From contig OZ231126.1 of NCBI GenBank assembly GCA_965153355.1, positions 32,302,001 to 32,366,000 of the forward strand: 64,000 bases of DNA, in the 5' to 3' direction. This stretch comes from Flaccisagitta enflata. Its lineage: Eukaryota. The position numbers and the translations under genes are program-made. The notes under the pieces were generated by a model, which saw nothing but the letters and a program-made list of their open reading frames with translations, was not told the DNA's origin and searched no databases. Shown one piece after another: positions 63,820 through 64,000 of the stretch; positions within the stretch are counted from its first letter, which is position 1; each line of letters starts with the position of its first letter.

Positions 63820-64000
63820 GAATTCTGATTATTCTTTGTTTCTGTTTTATCAATGAAAAGAAAGGAGCGTCATTTTTTTTTTATATGCATCCTAATAGTG
63901 ACTTAAGCTGCTGCTAACGTTCTTACAAGATAAATATATGACAACGAAATCTCGTTAGGATCAACTCTTGGTACCTACTTTCCCTGCGACAAAAATTGGA

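Overview
Repeat-dense, AT-rich eukaryotic DNA, probably from an invertebrate animal. The only clear host gene is a two-exon TMEM47/PERP-like tetraspan membrane protein with an unusually Cys-rich N-terminus (12078-14412). The rest is mostly nested non-autonomous DNA transposons (TA-, 3-bp- and 8-bp-TSD MITEs and foldbacks), two Helentron/HINE-like families, microsatellites, and a near full-length CR1-type LINE (ORF2 intact, ORF1 with one nonsense codon) inside a hAT-like MITE. The highlight is an intact, young 11.8-kb Ty3/gypsy-type LTR retrotransposon (50947-62774, minus strand). It has 365-bp AGT..ACT LTRs differing at 3 positions and an ATGA TSD. Gag and pol lie in one frame, separated by a single TGA in a CAA-TTA readthrough context, and the RT carries a divergent FQDD motif. 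Where env would sit there is instead an antisense cassette of two small single-pass membrane-protein genes: one spliced with a signal peptide, one with FAST-fusogen-like architecture. All calls come from reading the sequence by eye; no database searches were run.
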